The notes below the pieces were generated by a model. It was not told the DNA's origin, made no database searches, and worked only from the letters and a program-made list of their open reading frames with translations. Of a stretch of DNA of 64,000 nt, positions 19,287 to 28,426 are shown one piece after another. The position numbers were made by a program, and so were the translations under genes. The DNA is taken from NCBI GenBank assembly GCA_963732385.1, contig CAVSZB010000008.1, forward strand, positions 256,001-320,000. Reading direction: 5' to 3'. The DNA comes from an uncultured bacterium (GTDB taxonomy: Bacteria > Krumholzibacteriota > Krumholzibacteriia > LZORAL124-64-63). Numbering within the stretch: position 1 is the first letter of the stretch; every line of letters starts with the position of its first letter.

Positions 19287-20159
19287 ATGAATCAGACCCT
19301 GAAGGATCTCATCGCGGGGACGCTTGAACTGGCTGCCCTGCCGCAGACGACGGCGCGCCTGCTCCAGCTGGTCGAGGAGCCGGATGTGGAGGCTTCACGC
19401 CTGCTGCGCGTGATCGAACTCGACCCCGCCCTCACCGCCAACCTGCTCAAGCTGTGCAACTCCGCCTACTATGGCCGCCGGCGCGAGGTCGGCACTGTCG
19501 ACGAGGCGCTCCTCGTGCTGGGGACCCGCACGGTCGTCACGCTCGCCTTTGCCACCAGCATGGGAAAGGTGCTGCGCGGCGACCTGAACGGCTACGGCAT
19601 GGCCAAGGACGAACTCTGGCGTCACGCGCTGGCGGTGGCGTGCGGCGCGGTCACGATCGTCACCGACGAGGGGCGCGAGGAGCTGCGCGACCGCGCCTTC
19701 ACCGCCGGGCTCGTGCACGACATCGGCAAGCTGCTCCTCGACCGGATTCTCGCGCGGGGCATGGAGTGGGAGCCGCTCGCGGCGGGTCAGGCGGAGTGGA
19801 TCGAGGTGGAGCGGCAGGTGGCCGGCTTCGATCACGCCGAGGCCGGCGCTGCGCTGGCCGACTGCTGGCGCTTTCCCAAGGCGCTGGTGGAGGCGATCCG
19901 CACCCATCACGAACCCTGTCCGCCCGGCGCGCCCCTCGACCTGGCCATGGCCGTGCACGCGGCCGACGCGGTCGCGGCGGCGATCGGCGTGGCGGGCGCG
20001 GGGCGGAGAAGTGCGTTGCCGGCGCTCGAAAGCTTCGGCGATCTGGGCGTGGCGCCGGAGGTCCTGAGTCACGTGGCCGCGTTGTTGCCGACGCAGCTGG
20101 AGGAGTTGACCGGTCAGTTCACGCCTTCCTCCGAATCGCGGCTGACCGTCCCTGTCTGA
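19287..20159 (+). CDS. Stand-alone HDOD domain protein
   Basis: DPALTANLLKLCNSAYY, LWRHALAVA, FTAGLVHDIGKL, FDHAEAGAALADCWRFP. Confidence 0.88.
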   Translation: MNQTLKDLIAGTLELAALPQTTARLLQLVEEPDVEASRLLRVIELDPALTANLLKLCNSAYYGRRREVGTVDEALLVLGTRTVVTLAFATSMGKVLRGDLNGYGMAKDELWRHALAVACGAVTIVTDEGREELRDRAFTAGLVHDIGKLLLDRILARGMEWEPLAAGQAEWIEVERQVAGFDHAEAGAALADCWRFPKALVEAIRTHHEPCPPGAPLDLAMAVHAADAVAAAIGVAGAGRRSALPALESFGDLGVAPEVLSHVAALLPTQLEELTGQFTPSSESRLTVPV

Positions 20160-20178
20160 CCGTGGTAGCCTGCCCGGC

Positions 20179-21093
20179 ATGAGCCACCCCGCGCGTTCGC
20201 GATTCGCCGATATCGCCCTCCTCTCGGTGTCCGTCCTGTGGGGACTGTCCTTCCCGGCGATCAAGATGGCCACCCCCTTCGTGCCGTCGGTGCGGTTCGT
20301 GGCGCTGCGCTTCACGCTCGCCACGCTGCTGCTGTTGCCACTGTTGCCGTTGATCGCGCGGGAGGCGCGTCCGGCCGGAGGACCGGGCGCCGGTGGCTGT
20401 TTCGGCGATGCCGCAGCGCGTCTGCGGGGGATGTGGCTCGGTCTGTTGCTGGCGGTCGCCTACACCACCCAGACCATCGGCCTGCACACGTCCACCGCGG
20501 CAAACAGCGCCTTCATCACCAGTCTTTCGGTGGTCATGGTGCCGCCGCTGGCGGCGTTGCGCTGCGGGCAGCGACTGGGCGGGGCGGTTGTGGTGGCGCT
20601 GGTGCCGGCGGTGGCCGGCCTGGCGATCCTGACCCGACCCGATCTCGGACGCCTGGCGCCAGGCGATGCCTGGACCCTCGGTTGCTCCGTCACCTACGCG
20701 GTGTATCTAGTGGAGCTCAGCCGGGCGCTCGTCCGGGCGCCGTATCCGCCCCTGCTCTTCTGGCAACTGGCCACGGTGGCGGCGACGGCGGGAGTCTGGA
20801 CGCTGCTGTGGGAGCGTGCCCCCTGGCGCTGGAACGCGACCGTGGCGTGGTCGCTCGGCCTGACCACGGTGTTGTCGACGGTGCTGGCGCTCTATCTGCA
20901 GAATCGCTGGCAGGGGCGCACGACGGCGTCGCGCGCGGCGATCCTGTTCGCCACCGAGCCGGTCTTCGCCACGCTGTTCGCCTGGCTGCTGCTGCGGGAA
21001 CGGCTGTCGGCGGCGTTCCCGGTCGGCGCCGGCCTGATTCTTGGCGCGGTGCTGATCGCCGAACTGAACGATCGCCGGCCGGCGGGAGTCTGA
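20179..21093 (+). CDS. DMT/EamA family transporter
   Basis: About 10 TM helices; WGLSFPAIK, ALRFTLA, SAFITSLSVVMVP, ATEPVFATLFA. Confidence 0.88.
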   Translation: MSHPARSRFADIALLSVSVLWGLSFPAIKMATPFVPSVRFVALRFTLATLLLLPLLPLIAREARPAGGPGAGGCFGDAAARLRGMWLGLLLAVAYTTQTIGLHTSTAANSAFITSLSVVMVPPLAALRCGQRLGGAVVVALVPAVAGLAILTRPDLGRLAPGDAWTLGCSVTYAVYLVELSRALVRAPYPPLLFWQLATVAATAGVWTLLWERAPWRWNATVAWSLGLTTVLSTVLALYLQNRWQGRTTASRAAILFATEPVFATLFAWLLLRERLSAAFPVGAGLILGAVLIAELNDRRPAGV

Positions 21094-21122
21094 CGCGCCC
21101 AGGCCGGGAGAAGGAGGCATTG

Positions 21123-21554
21123 GTGAGGGTCCTGTTCGTCTGCATGGCGAATTCCTGCCGCAGCCAGATGGCCGAGGGCTGGGCGCGCCGGCTCTGGCCG
21201 TCCGACTGGGAAGCGCATAGCGCCGGCCTGGTCACCTATCCCATCACGGCGGCCACCCGCGAGACGATGGCCGAGGTGGGCGTCGATCTGGCCGGTCAGG
21301 AGAGCAAGTCGATCGATCTGTTCTGGCTCGGGGATTTCGATCTGGTCGTGACCCTGAGCGAGGAGGCCGCCCGGTTCCTGCCGTCGCTCGACGATCCCGC
21401 GCGGCATCGGCACCATCCCGTCGATGACCCGATGACGGCGCGCGGCGAGCCTGCCGAGATCCGCGCCGAATTCCGCCGCGCGCGCGACACGATCCGTGAA
21501 ATCGTGGCCGCTCTCGCGCCGGCGGCGGATGCACCGCCGGACCCCGTTTCGTAA
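21123..21554 (+). CDS. LMW-PTP-fold protein, arsenate reductase ArsC-like
   Basis: VLFVCMANSCRSQMAEG P-loop, SAG and DDP motifs; AAGGAGG RBS before TTG 21120 / GTG 21123. Confidence 0.8.
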   Translation: MRVLFVCMANSCRSQMAEGWARRLWPSDWEAHSAGLVTYPITAATRETMAEVGVDLAGQESKSIDLFWLGDFDLVVTLSEEAARFLPSLDDPARHRHHPVDDPMTARGEPAEIRAEFRRARDTIREIVAALAPAADAPPDPVS

Positions 21555-21820
21555 ATCCGTGACAGGTTCTCCAGCCCCTGTTCCGACAAGGGGTTGCGCC
21601 GACCCGTGCTCCCGGTCCGGCGGCGACCGCCCCGCCGGGAGGGTTGACCGCCGTGCCCCGCGGAGGTGAGGCCGAAAAAAGTGCGCGGCCTGTCGTGCCG
21701 GGCGCCAGGGCGCAGGGGGGCCGTTCGGCGCGCTCGGACGACGGTTCCGCCGTGATGCCGCGTCGACCGTCTGGTGAAGAGGCTTGCCTCGCTCATGGCA
21801 GTTTCACAAAATCCTTCTCG

Positions 21821-21868
21821 CCTCAGCATCGTGTGGTTGTCCGACGGAAAGGCCCCCATATATGGGGG
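21821..21868 (+). promoter_or_regulatory. Tandem NrdR boxes upstream of nrdJ
   Basis: Perfect 16-bp palindrome CCCCCATATATGGGGG (21853-21868) fits the acaCwAtATaTwGtg consensus. A degenerate copy CCTCAGCATCGTGTGG (21821-21836) starts 32 bp earlier, the usual NrdR-box spacing. Confidence 0.7.
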
Positions 21869-22064
21869 TCCAGCCCGCGCGGCGGCTCCCCGGCTGGCGC
21901 AAGTGATCCGCTGACAAGGTCATGACGGGCGCGCTACCTCGGCGCCCCCGCCTCCCCCGTTCGAGCGGGGGATGGAGGGGGCCGGCGGGGGGCCAGGCGG
22001 GCCCGGTTCGGTTTCGCCGACTCGCCCGGCGGTTCTGTTATCGACACAAGGAGCGTGACTCTCC

Positions 22065-24947
22065 ATGAAGGATCGCACGGAGAAAACGGGCCATTACTCC
22101 TCGGGCGACCTGCTGCCGCTGAAGGAACTGGCGGCGGCCGACGGCGCAGGCGAGCCCGAACTCGACCTCGAGGAGTTGACCCGTCCCGGGCCCGAACTGG
22201 CCGCCGCCTTCGTCGTGCCGCCCGAGGTCGCGTCCCGCCGCGGGCTGTCGCTGCGCCGTCTCTATACCCGGCCGGGGGTCAACCCGCTGGACGAGGTGCG
22301 CTGGGAGAAGCGCAATGCGGCCATTCGCGACGAGAAGGGCGAGGTCATTTTCGAGCAGTCGGACGTGGAGGTGCCGAAGAGCTGGTCTCAGATGGCGACG
22401 AACGTGGTCGTGTCGAAGTATTTCCGGGGCGGCCTCGGCGATCCCGAACGCGAAGCTTCGGTGCGGCAGCTCGTCGGCCGCGTCGCCGACACCATTGCGC
22501 TCTGGGGGCGCCAGGACGGGGTCTTCGACACTGAGGAGGACGCCGCCGTCTTCCACGCCGAACTGACTCACCTGCTCGTGCATCAGCATGCGGCGTTCAA
22601 CTCCCCCGTCTGGTTCAACGTCGGCGTGGAGGAGCGGCCGCAGTGTTCGGCCTGCTTCATCAACTCGGTGAACGACTCCATGGACAGCATCATGGATCTC
22701 GCCAAGACCGAGGGTATGCTGTTCAAATTCGGCAGTGGCACCGGCACCAACCTCTCGTCGCTGCGCTCATCGAAGGAGCACCTCAGCACGGGCGGAGTGG
22801 CGTCGGGCCCGGTGTCTTTCATGAAGGGGTACGACGCTTTCGCCGGCGTTATCAAGTCCGGCGGCAAGACGCGCCGCGCCGCGAAGATGGTCATCCTCAA
22901 CGCGGACCATCCCGACATCGTCGAGTTCATCAACTGCAAGGTGAACGAGGAGCGGAAGGCCTGGGCGTTGATCGAGGCGGGCTACGACGGCTCCTTCAAC
23001 GGCGAAGCCTACGGCTCGGTCTTCTTCCAGAACAGCAACAACTCGGTGCGCGTGACCGACGCCTTCATGAAGGCCGTGATCGACGACGGCACCTGGACCA
23101 CGCGAGCCGTGCGCGGCGGCGAACCGATGGGCACCTGCCGTGCGCGCGACCTGATGCGGATGATCGCCGAGGGCACGCACGTCTGCGGCGATCCCGGCAT
23201 GCAGTTCGACACGACCATCAACGCCTGGCACACCTGCCGGAAGACCGCGCCGATCCGGGCCTCGAATCCCTGTTCCGAGTACATGTTCCTGGACGACTCG
23301 GCCTGTAACCTGGCGTCGCTCAACCTGATGAAATTCCGCCGTCCCGACGGCGAATTCGATCTGGTCGCGTTCCGCCACGTCGTGCACGTCGTTCTGGTCG
23401 CGATGGAGATCCTCGTCGACAACAGCAGCTATCCTCGCCCCGCGATCGGCGAGAACAGTCGCCGTTTCCGGCCGCTCGGGCTGGGTTATGCGAATCTTGG
23501 CGCCCTGCTCATGGCGCGGGGGCTGCCCTACGACAGCGACGAGGGCCGCGATTTCGCCGCCGCCATCACGGCGCTGATGACCGGCCAGGCCTACGCCACC
23601 TCCGCGGAGATGGCGCGGCTGCTCGGCCCGTTCGCAGGTTACGCCGAGAATCGCGACAGCTTCCTGGGCGTGGTGCAGAAGCACCGTTCGCACATCAACA
23701 ACATCAACCCCCATCGCGTGCCGGAGGAACTGATCAGCGCGGTCAAGGAGGTCTGGACCGAGGCCTACACGCTGGGCTACGACTACGGCTACCGCAACGC
23801 CCAGGTCACGGTCCTCGCCCCGACCGGCACGATCGGCTTCATGATGGACTGCGACACGACCGGCATCGAGCCGGACATGGCGCTCGTGAAGTACAAGAAG
23901 CTCGTCGGCGGCGGGCAGTTGAAGATTGTCAACAATACGGTGCCCGAGGCGCTCGAGCGGCTCGGCTACACGGAGGACGAGCGCCGCCAGGTTCTCGCCT
24001 GGCTCGAGGAGCGCGAGACGATCGAGGGGGCGCCGCACCTGCAGGCGGACCACCTGTCGGTGTTCGACTGCGCGTTCCGTCCGCGCAATGGTCAGCGGTC
24101 GATCTCCTACATGGGCCATATCCGCATGATGGCCGCCTGCCAGCCGTTCCTCTCGGGGGCCATTTCCAAGACGGTCAACATGCCGACCGAGGCGACCGTC
24201 GAGGAGATCATGCAGGCCTATACCGAGGCCTGGAAAATGGGGCTGAAGGCGATCGCCATCTACCGCGACGGCAGCAAGCGGATCCAGCCGCTGAGCACCG
24301 GCGCCCAGCTGGAGGCGCAGCAGCGTCTCGCCCCGCCCACGCCGCAGCGGGTGCGGCTGCCGGACGAGCGCCAGGCGATCACGCACAAGTTCTCGATCGC
24401 GGGGCACGAGGGCTACCTCACGGTCGGCCTCTACCCCAACGGCAAGCCGGGCGAGATGTTCGTCGCCATGGCGAAGGAGGGCTCGGTCGTCTCGGGCCTG
24501 ATGGACAGCTTCGCCACCGCAGTGTCGATCATGCTGCAGTACGGCGTGCCGATGGACGTGCTGGTCCAGAAGTTCAGCCACATGCGGTTCGAACCGAGCG
24601 GCGTCACCAGCAATCCGGAGATCCCGCTGGCGAAATCGATCATGGACTACATCTTCCGGTGGCTCGACCGCAAGTTCGGCGATGGCGCCGCGTCGGTCGT
24701 GGCGGACGCCCCGGGCGACACCCCCGCGCGTGGCTTCGCCGTGGCGCCGGAGTTCGGCCAGGCGGCCGGTTTCGACCACGAGCCCGACGCCGCGCCGCGC
24801 AATCGCATCACCCTCGAAGAGACGGAGCGCCTGATCTTCAAGACGCAGTCGGACAGCCCGCCGTGTCCGGAGTGCGGTTCGGTGATGGTGCGCAACGGCA
24901 GCTGCTACAAGTGTCTCAACTGCGCCTCGACCAGCGGCTGCTCCTGA
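22065..24947 (+). CDS. nrdJ: Vitamin B12-dependent (class II) ribonucleotide reductase with TSCPD domain and C-terminal Zn ribbon
   Basis: FNSPVWFNVG, PQCSACFI, SNPCSEY (thiyl Cys), SACNLAS, APTGTIG, C-terminal CPECG...CYKCLNC...GCS. Confidence 0.96.
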   Translation: MKDRTEKTGHYSSGDLLPLKELAAADGAGEPELDLEELTRPGPELAAAFVVPPEVASRRGLSLRRLYTRPGVNPLDEVRWEKRNAAIRDEKGEVIFEQSDVEVPKSWSQMATNVVVSKYFRGGLGDPEREASVRQLVGRVADTIALWGRQDGVFDTEEDAAVFHAELTHLLVHQHAAFNSPVWFNVGVEERPQCSACFINSVNDSMDSIMDLAKTEGMLFKFGSGTGTNLSSLRSSKEHLSTGGVASGPVSFMKGYDAFAGVIKSGGKTRRAAKMVILNADHPDIVEFINCKVNEERKAWALIEAGYDGSFNGEAYGSVFFQNSNNSVRVTDAFMKAVIDDGTWTTRAVRGGEPMGTCRARDLMRMIAEGTHVCGDPGMQFDTTINAWHTCRKTAPIRASNPCSEYMFLDDSACNLASLNLMKFRRPDGEFDLVAFRHVVHVVLVAMEILVDNSSYPRPAIGENSRRFRPLGLGYANLGALLMARGLPYDSDEGRDFAAAITALMTGQAYATSAEMARLLGPFAGYAENRDSFLGVVQKHRSHINNINPHRVPEELISAVKEVWTEAYTLGYDYGYRNAQVTVLAPTGTIGFMMDCDTTGIEPDMALVKYKKLVGGGQLKIVNNTVPEALERLGYTEDERRQVLAWLEERETIEGAPHLQADHLSVFDCAFRPRNGQRSISYMGHIRMMAACQPFLSGAISKTVNMPTEATVEEIMQAYTEAWKMGLKAIAIYRDGSKRIQPLSTGAQLEAQQRLAPPTPQRVRLPDERQAITHKFSIAGHEGYLTVGLYPNGKPGEMFVAMAKEGSVVSGLMDSFATAVSIMLQYGVPMDVLVQKFSHMRFEPSGVTSNPEIPLAKSIMDYIFRWLDRKFGDGAASVVADAPGDTPARGFAVAPEFGQAAGFDHEPDAAPRNRITLEETERLIFKTQSDSPPCPECGSVMVRNGSCYKCLNCASTSGCS

Positions 24948-25090
24948 GCGTCGCGGGCGCCGACGGCGCATCCTGCCGAGCCTGGCCGCGCGGCCGGATC
25001 CCCGCCCCGGGGACCCGGCCGCCGCGCTTTGCGCCGGCGGGGGCTCGTGCTATCCTGCCTCCGTCCCCCCGCATCACGGAGGAGTATGTC

Positions 25091-25627
25091 ATGCCCAGAT
25101 CACTCGGTCCGGCCGCGAAGGTCGTCCTGTCCGTCATCCTGCCGTTCGTGGTCCTGGTGTTCCTGGCCGTCGTGCCGGCGTCCGCCCGCGACTGGAATCG
25201 CACCGACGATCCGCTGCTCGACGCGGTCGGTCTGCACGCCGGCAAGATCGGCGGCGTGGGCCTGTCCTTCAAATTCCCGCTCCAATGGTGGCTGTACGGG
25301 CAGGCGACCGGCGGCATCTGGCACACCGCGGACAACAAACGCCACAACGCCGGCTTCGAGGTGCAGTACATCCTGCGCCAGGACCGGGCGCTGCGGGTGT
25401 TCGTCGCGGGAGGGCTCGCCTACTTCTACCACCAGGAACGCCAGCCCGTGCTGGGCGGCGACGACCAGGTGACGACGCGGCACAGCCTCAATACCGGTTT
25501 CGGCGTGGGGGTGGAGATGCTGCGCTCGGAGCGGTTCGCGCTGCAGGTCGAAGCCGACTTCACCCACGAGGGCGGCGACGGCTCGGTGACGGTGTTCCCG
25601 CAGGTCGGCGCCTACTTCTATTTCTGA
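25091..25627 (+). CDS. Small outer-membrane beta-barrel protein
   Basis: Signal peptide ending ASA; alternating amphipathic strands; C-terminal aromatic BAM-type signal QVGAYFYF. Confidence 0.65.
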   Translation: MPRSLGPAAKVVLSVILPFVVLVFLAVVPASARDWNRTDDPLLDAVGLHAGKIGGVGLSFKFPLQWWLYGQATGGIWHTADNKRHNAGFEVQYILRQDRALRVFVAGGLAYFYHQERQPVLGGDDQVTTRHSLNTGFGVGVEMLRSERFALQVEADFTHEGGDGSVTVFPQVGAYFYF

Positions 25628-25663
25628 GTTCCGCACGACCGCACGGCTGCGGACGGCGCCAGG

Positions 25664-25696
25664 CGGGGGCCGTCCCGGCGCGCGGAACGGCCCCCG
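25664..25696. terminator. GC hairpin between convergent genes (possible bidirectional terminator)
   Basis: CGGGGGCCGT (25664-25673) and ACGGCCCCCG (25687-25696) form a perfect 10-bp inverted repeat; no U tract. Confidence 0.45.
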
Positions 25697-25712
25697 TCCG
25701 TCGGGGGAGCGG

Positions 25713-26300
25713 CTACCGATAGAGGGTCTTGACGCGGGTCCAGGAGTCGCTCTCCGCCGCCACCAGACCGCTGTTGATCGTGAACGACGGCTGCGTCGTT
25801 CCGTCCGGCCAGGGGTGCAGCGGAATTTTTTTATCGAGGTCGCTGCCGTCGAGGCAGACCGGCAGGTCGTAGCCGCCGGAATTGATGGCTGTGTGCGTGA
25901 TGTAGAACTGCGCCGGCGAGTCGTCCGCGACCATGATGATGAAGGTCATCAGCACCTGGGTCAGGGCCGGCGGCTGCGGCACCTCCGGGTAGGCGACCGT
26001 GAATTCTGGAGGGCTGCCGACGTTCAGCCAGCCGGTGCCGGGGATGTTCCAGCCCCAGATCGTGACATTGTCGGGGATGATGAGTTTCGCCTCCCACGCC
26101 TGCATCCCGGTGGGGCCGGACGGGCGGGTCAGCACGAGGTACGCTTCGACCGGCACCCCTGGCGCGGCCGTGATGGTGTTGACCATGGCGGTCTGGTCGG
26201 CGTAGATGCCGATCCCGTCGGCGTCGGGATCGATCTGGGCGACCGCTTCCCCCCCCGCGGCCACACTGAGCAGGGCGACGAGCAGAATCATTCGTTTCAT
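25713..26300 (-). CDS. Secreted hypothetical protein with C-terminal SWxxVKxLYR motif
   Basis: ATG 26300 after GGAGGT; signal peptide MKRMILLVALLSVAAGGEAVA; beta-rich body beginning DGIGIYAD; ends AAESDSWTRVKTLYR. Confidence 0.75.
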   Translation of the reverse strand: MKRMILLVALLSVAAGGEAVAQIDPDADGIGIYADQTAMVNTITAAPGVPVEAYLVLTRPSGPTGMQAWEAKLIIPDNVTIWGWNIPGTGWLNVGSPPEFTVAYPEVPQPPALTQVLMTFIIMVADDSPAQFYITHTAINSGGYDLPVCLDGSDLDKKIPLHPWPDGTTQPSFTINSGLVAAESDSWTRVKTLYR

Positions 26301-26377
26301 GGCTCGACCTCCGGCAATAGATGTGGGGATGAGAGGATGAGGGGAGCATACGGACGCGGGGATGGGATCGCAAGTCA

Positions 26378-27808
26378 ATGCAGAACAATGGTTTGACGTA
26401 TTGCGATAATGGGCGATCATCTCCTGCGGCGCCGACCGGCGGCGCGGGCGGGGCGCTGGTTCGTGCGCTCGGCTTCCGCGAAGCCCTCGCCCTGGTCGTC
26501 GGCCGCATCATCGGCTCCGGCATCTTCCGCACGCCGGGGCCGATCATGGCGCTCACCGGGGGGGCGGCGCTCTTCTTCGGCGTCTGGTTCCTGGCGGGGG
26601 CGATGACCATCCTGAGCGCCCTCTGCTATGCCGAGATGGTGGCGATGCTGCCCCGCTCGGGCGGGCCGTACGCCTACCTGAAGGCGGCCTATCCTCCGTG
26701 GTGGGCCTTCCTGCGCGGCTGGGCGATGTTCTTCGTGTCGGAGACGGCGACGATCGCGGCGGTGGCGCTGGTGTTCGCGGAATATTCCGGCGTGTTATGG
26801 CGCGCGGCCGGCGGCGCGCCGTGGCCCCGTGGTGGCGAGACGGCAGCGGCCGCGGGCGGGGTGTGGCTGCTGACCTGGGTGAACGTGCGCGGCGTACGAG
26901 CGGGGGGACGGGCCCAGAACGCTCTCACGGTGTTGAAGCTGGCGGCCCTCGGGGCGGTGGCGGGGGCGGGGCTGCTCGTGACTCGCGGCGAACCGACCGG
27001 CGGCGTGGTCGCGGCGCCGCTCGCCGCGCCGGCCGGCTGGGCCGCGGTGCTGGCCGCCGGCGCGTCGATGCGTTACGCATTCTTCGCCTTCAGCGGCTGG
27101 GAGGGGGCCACCTACGTGGCGGAGGAGGTGCGCGCGCCGGAGCGCAACCTGCCGCGGTCGCTGTTGCTGGGGATCGCCATCGTGATGGGGGCCTACCTGC
27201 TCGCCAACGCCGCCTACCTGCGCCAGCTCGGACCGGCCGGCATGGCCGGATCGAAGCAGGTGGCGGCCGACGCCATGCGTGTCGCGCTGGGGCCGGCCGG
27301 AGCGACGCTGATCGCGCTGGCCGTGGTGTTGAGCACTTTCGGCAACATCAACGCGCAGGTGCTGGTCAAGGCACGGACCTGGCACGCCATGGCGCGGGAC
27401 GGGCTGTTCCCGGCCCGCCTGGGCAACGTCCACGCCACGCACCATACGCCGGTCGGCGCCCTTGTCGCGCAGGCGCTCTGGGCGACGGCCCTGCTGGTCG
27501 TGGCCGGACTCGCGGGGCGGGCCTACGAATCGGTGATCGACTTCTTCGCCTTCACCTCGGCGATTTTCAACCTGTCGACCTTCGCGGCCGTCTGGGTCCT
27601 GCGCCGCCGGCTGCCCGACGCACCGCGTCCGTTCCGCGTGCCGGGCTGGCCCTGGACACTGGTCGTGGTGCTCGTCATCCAGACGGCGTTCATGGTCGTG
27701 ACGATGATCACCGCGCCGCTGCCGTCGTTGCTGGGCGTGGCGCTGACGGCGACCGGCTTCCTCTGGTACTTCCGCGGCCGTCTCTTCCGCACACGCGCGC
27801 GAAGGTGA
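26378..27808 (+). CDS. APC family amino acid permease (LAT/SteT-like)
   Basis: IIGSGIF, YAEMVAMLPRSGGPYAYL, FAFSGWE, EEVRAPERNLPR, RPFRVPGWP. Start uncertain. Confidence 0.9.
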   Translation: MQNNGLTYCDNGRSSPAAPTGGAGGALVRALGFREALALVVGRIIGSGIFRTPGPIMALTGGAALFFGVWFLAGAMTILSALCYAEMVAMLPRSGGPYAYLKAAYPPWWAFLRGWAMFFVSETATIAAVALVFAEYSGVLWRAAGGAPWPRGGETAAAAGGVWLLTWVNVRGVRAGGRAQNALTVLKLAALGAVAGAGLLVTRGEPTGGVVAAPLAAPAGWAAVLAAGASMRYAFFAFSGWEGATYVAEEVRAPERNLPRSLLLGIAIVMGAYLLANAAYLRQLGPAGMAGSKQVAADAMRVALGPAGATLIALAVVLSTFGNINAQVLVKARTWHAMARDGLFPARLGNVHATHHTPVGALVAQALWATALLVVAGLAGRAYESVIDFFAFTSAIFNLSTFAAVWVLRRRLPDAPRPFRVPGWPWTLVVVLVIQTAFMVVTMITAPLPSLLGVALTATGFLWYFRGRLFRTRARR

Positions 27809-27847
27809 CCGGGCGTTTGCCCGCGCCGGTCCGCGGCCGGGCCACGA

Positions 27848-27883
27848 CAAGAAGAAACCCCGCCCTCTTGCAAGAGCGGGGTT
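27848..27883 (-). terminator. Rho-independent terminator of the RRM gene
   Basis: The minus strand reads AACCCCGCTCTTGCAAGAGGGCGGGGTT followed by TCTTCTT: a GC stem plus U-rich tail, about 45 nt after the stop codon. Confidence 0.7.
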
Positions 27884-27925
27884 CCTGAAGCTGCGATCAT
27901 TCAGCCCGTGGGCTGAACGATGTGC

Positions 27926-28222
27926 TTACCAGCGCGGACGACCACCGCCGCCGCCGCCGCCGCCACCCTGACGCGGCTCGCGCGGACGCGCTTCGTTCAC
28001 GTTCAGGTTACGGCCGTCGACGGCCTTGCCGTTCAGACCCGTGATCGCGGCCATCGCCTCGGAGTCGTTCTCCATCTCGACGAAACCGAAGCCGCGGCTG
28101 CGGCCGGTCTCGCGGTCCGAGAGCACCGTGGCGCTCGAGATCGTTCCATAAGCGCTGAACAGGGTCCGGAGGGTGGCGTCGGTTGTGTCAAAGCTCAGAT
28201 TTCCAACGTAGATCTTCTTCAC
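27926..28222 (-). CDS. RRM-domain RNA-binding protein with Gly-rich tail
   Basis: RNP2 IYVGNL, RNP1 [16 protein letters not shown] and a poly-Gly tail. Confidence 0.95.
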   Translation of the reverse strand: MKKIYVGNLSFDTTDATLRTLFSAYGTISSATVLSDRETGRSRGFGFVEMENDSEAMAAITGLNGKAVDGRNLNVNEARPREPRQGGGGGGGGGRPRW

Positions 28223-28426
28223 GGAACACGTCCCTTGCTGCTGGGGACCGGCTCTGATCCCACAACCGGGACGAGGCAGGCCAACCCAAACCTATGATTC
28301 CCAGGTCCAATCCGCATGACGGACCTTGGCGGATATTGTATGCTACCCCAGATCTTCCCGCCAGAAAATATCCGCGGATTGATTTGAGACTGTCGGTTGT
28401 GATAATTAACATTCAATATCCGAGAG

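Noticed and set aside
21870..22064. Cobalamin riboswitch before the B12-dependent nrdJ
   Set aside because: I could not find the GGGAA...GGTG.AA.TCC or GCCACTG B12-box words; only generic GC hairpins are present.
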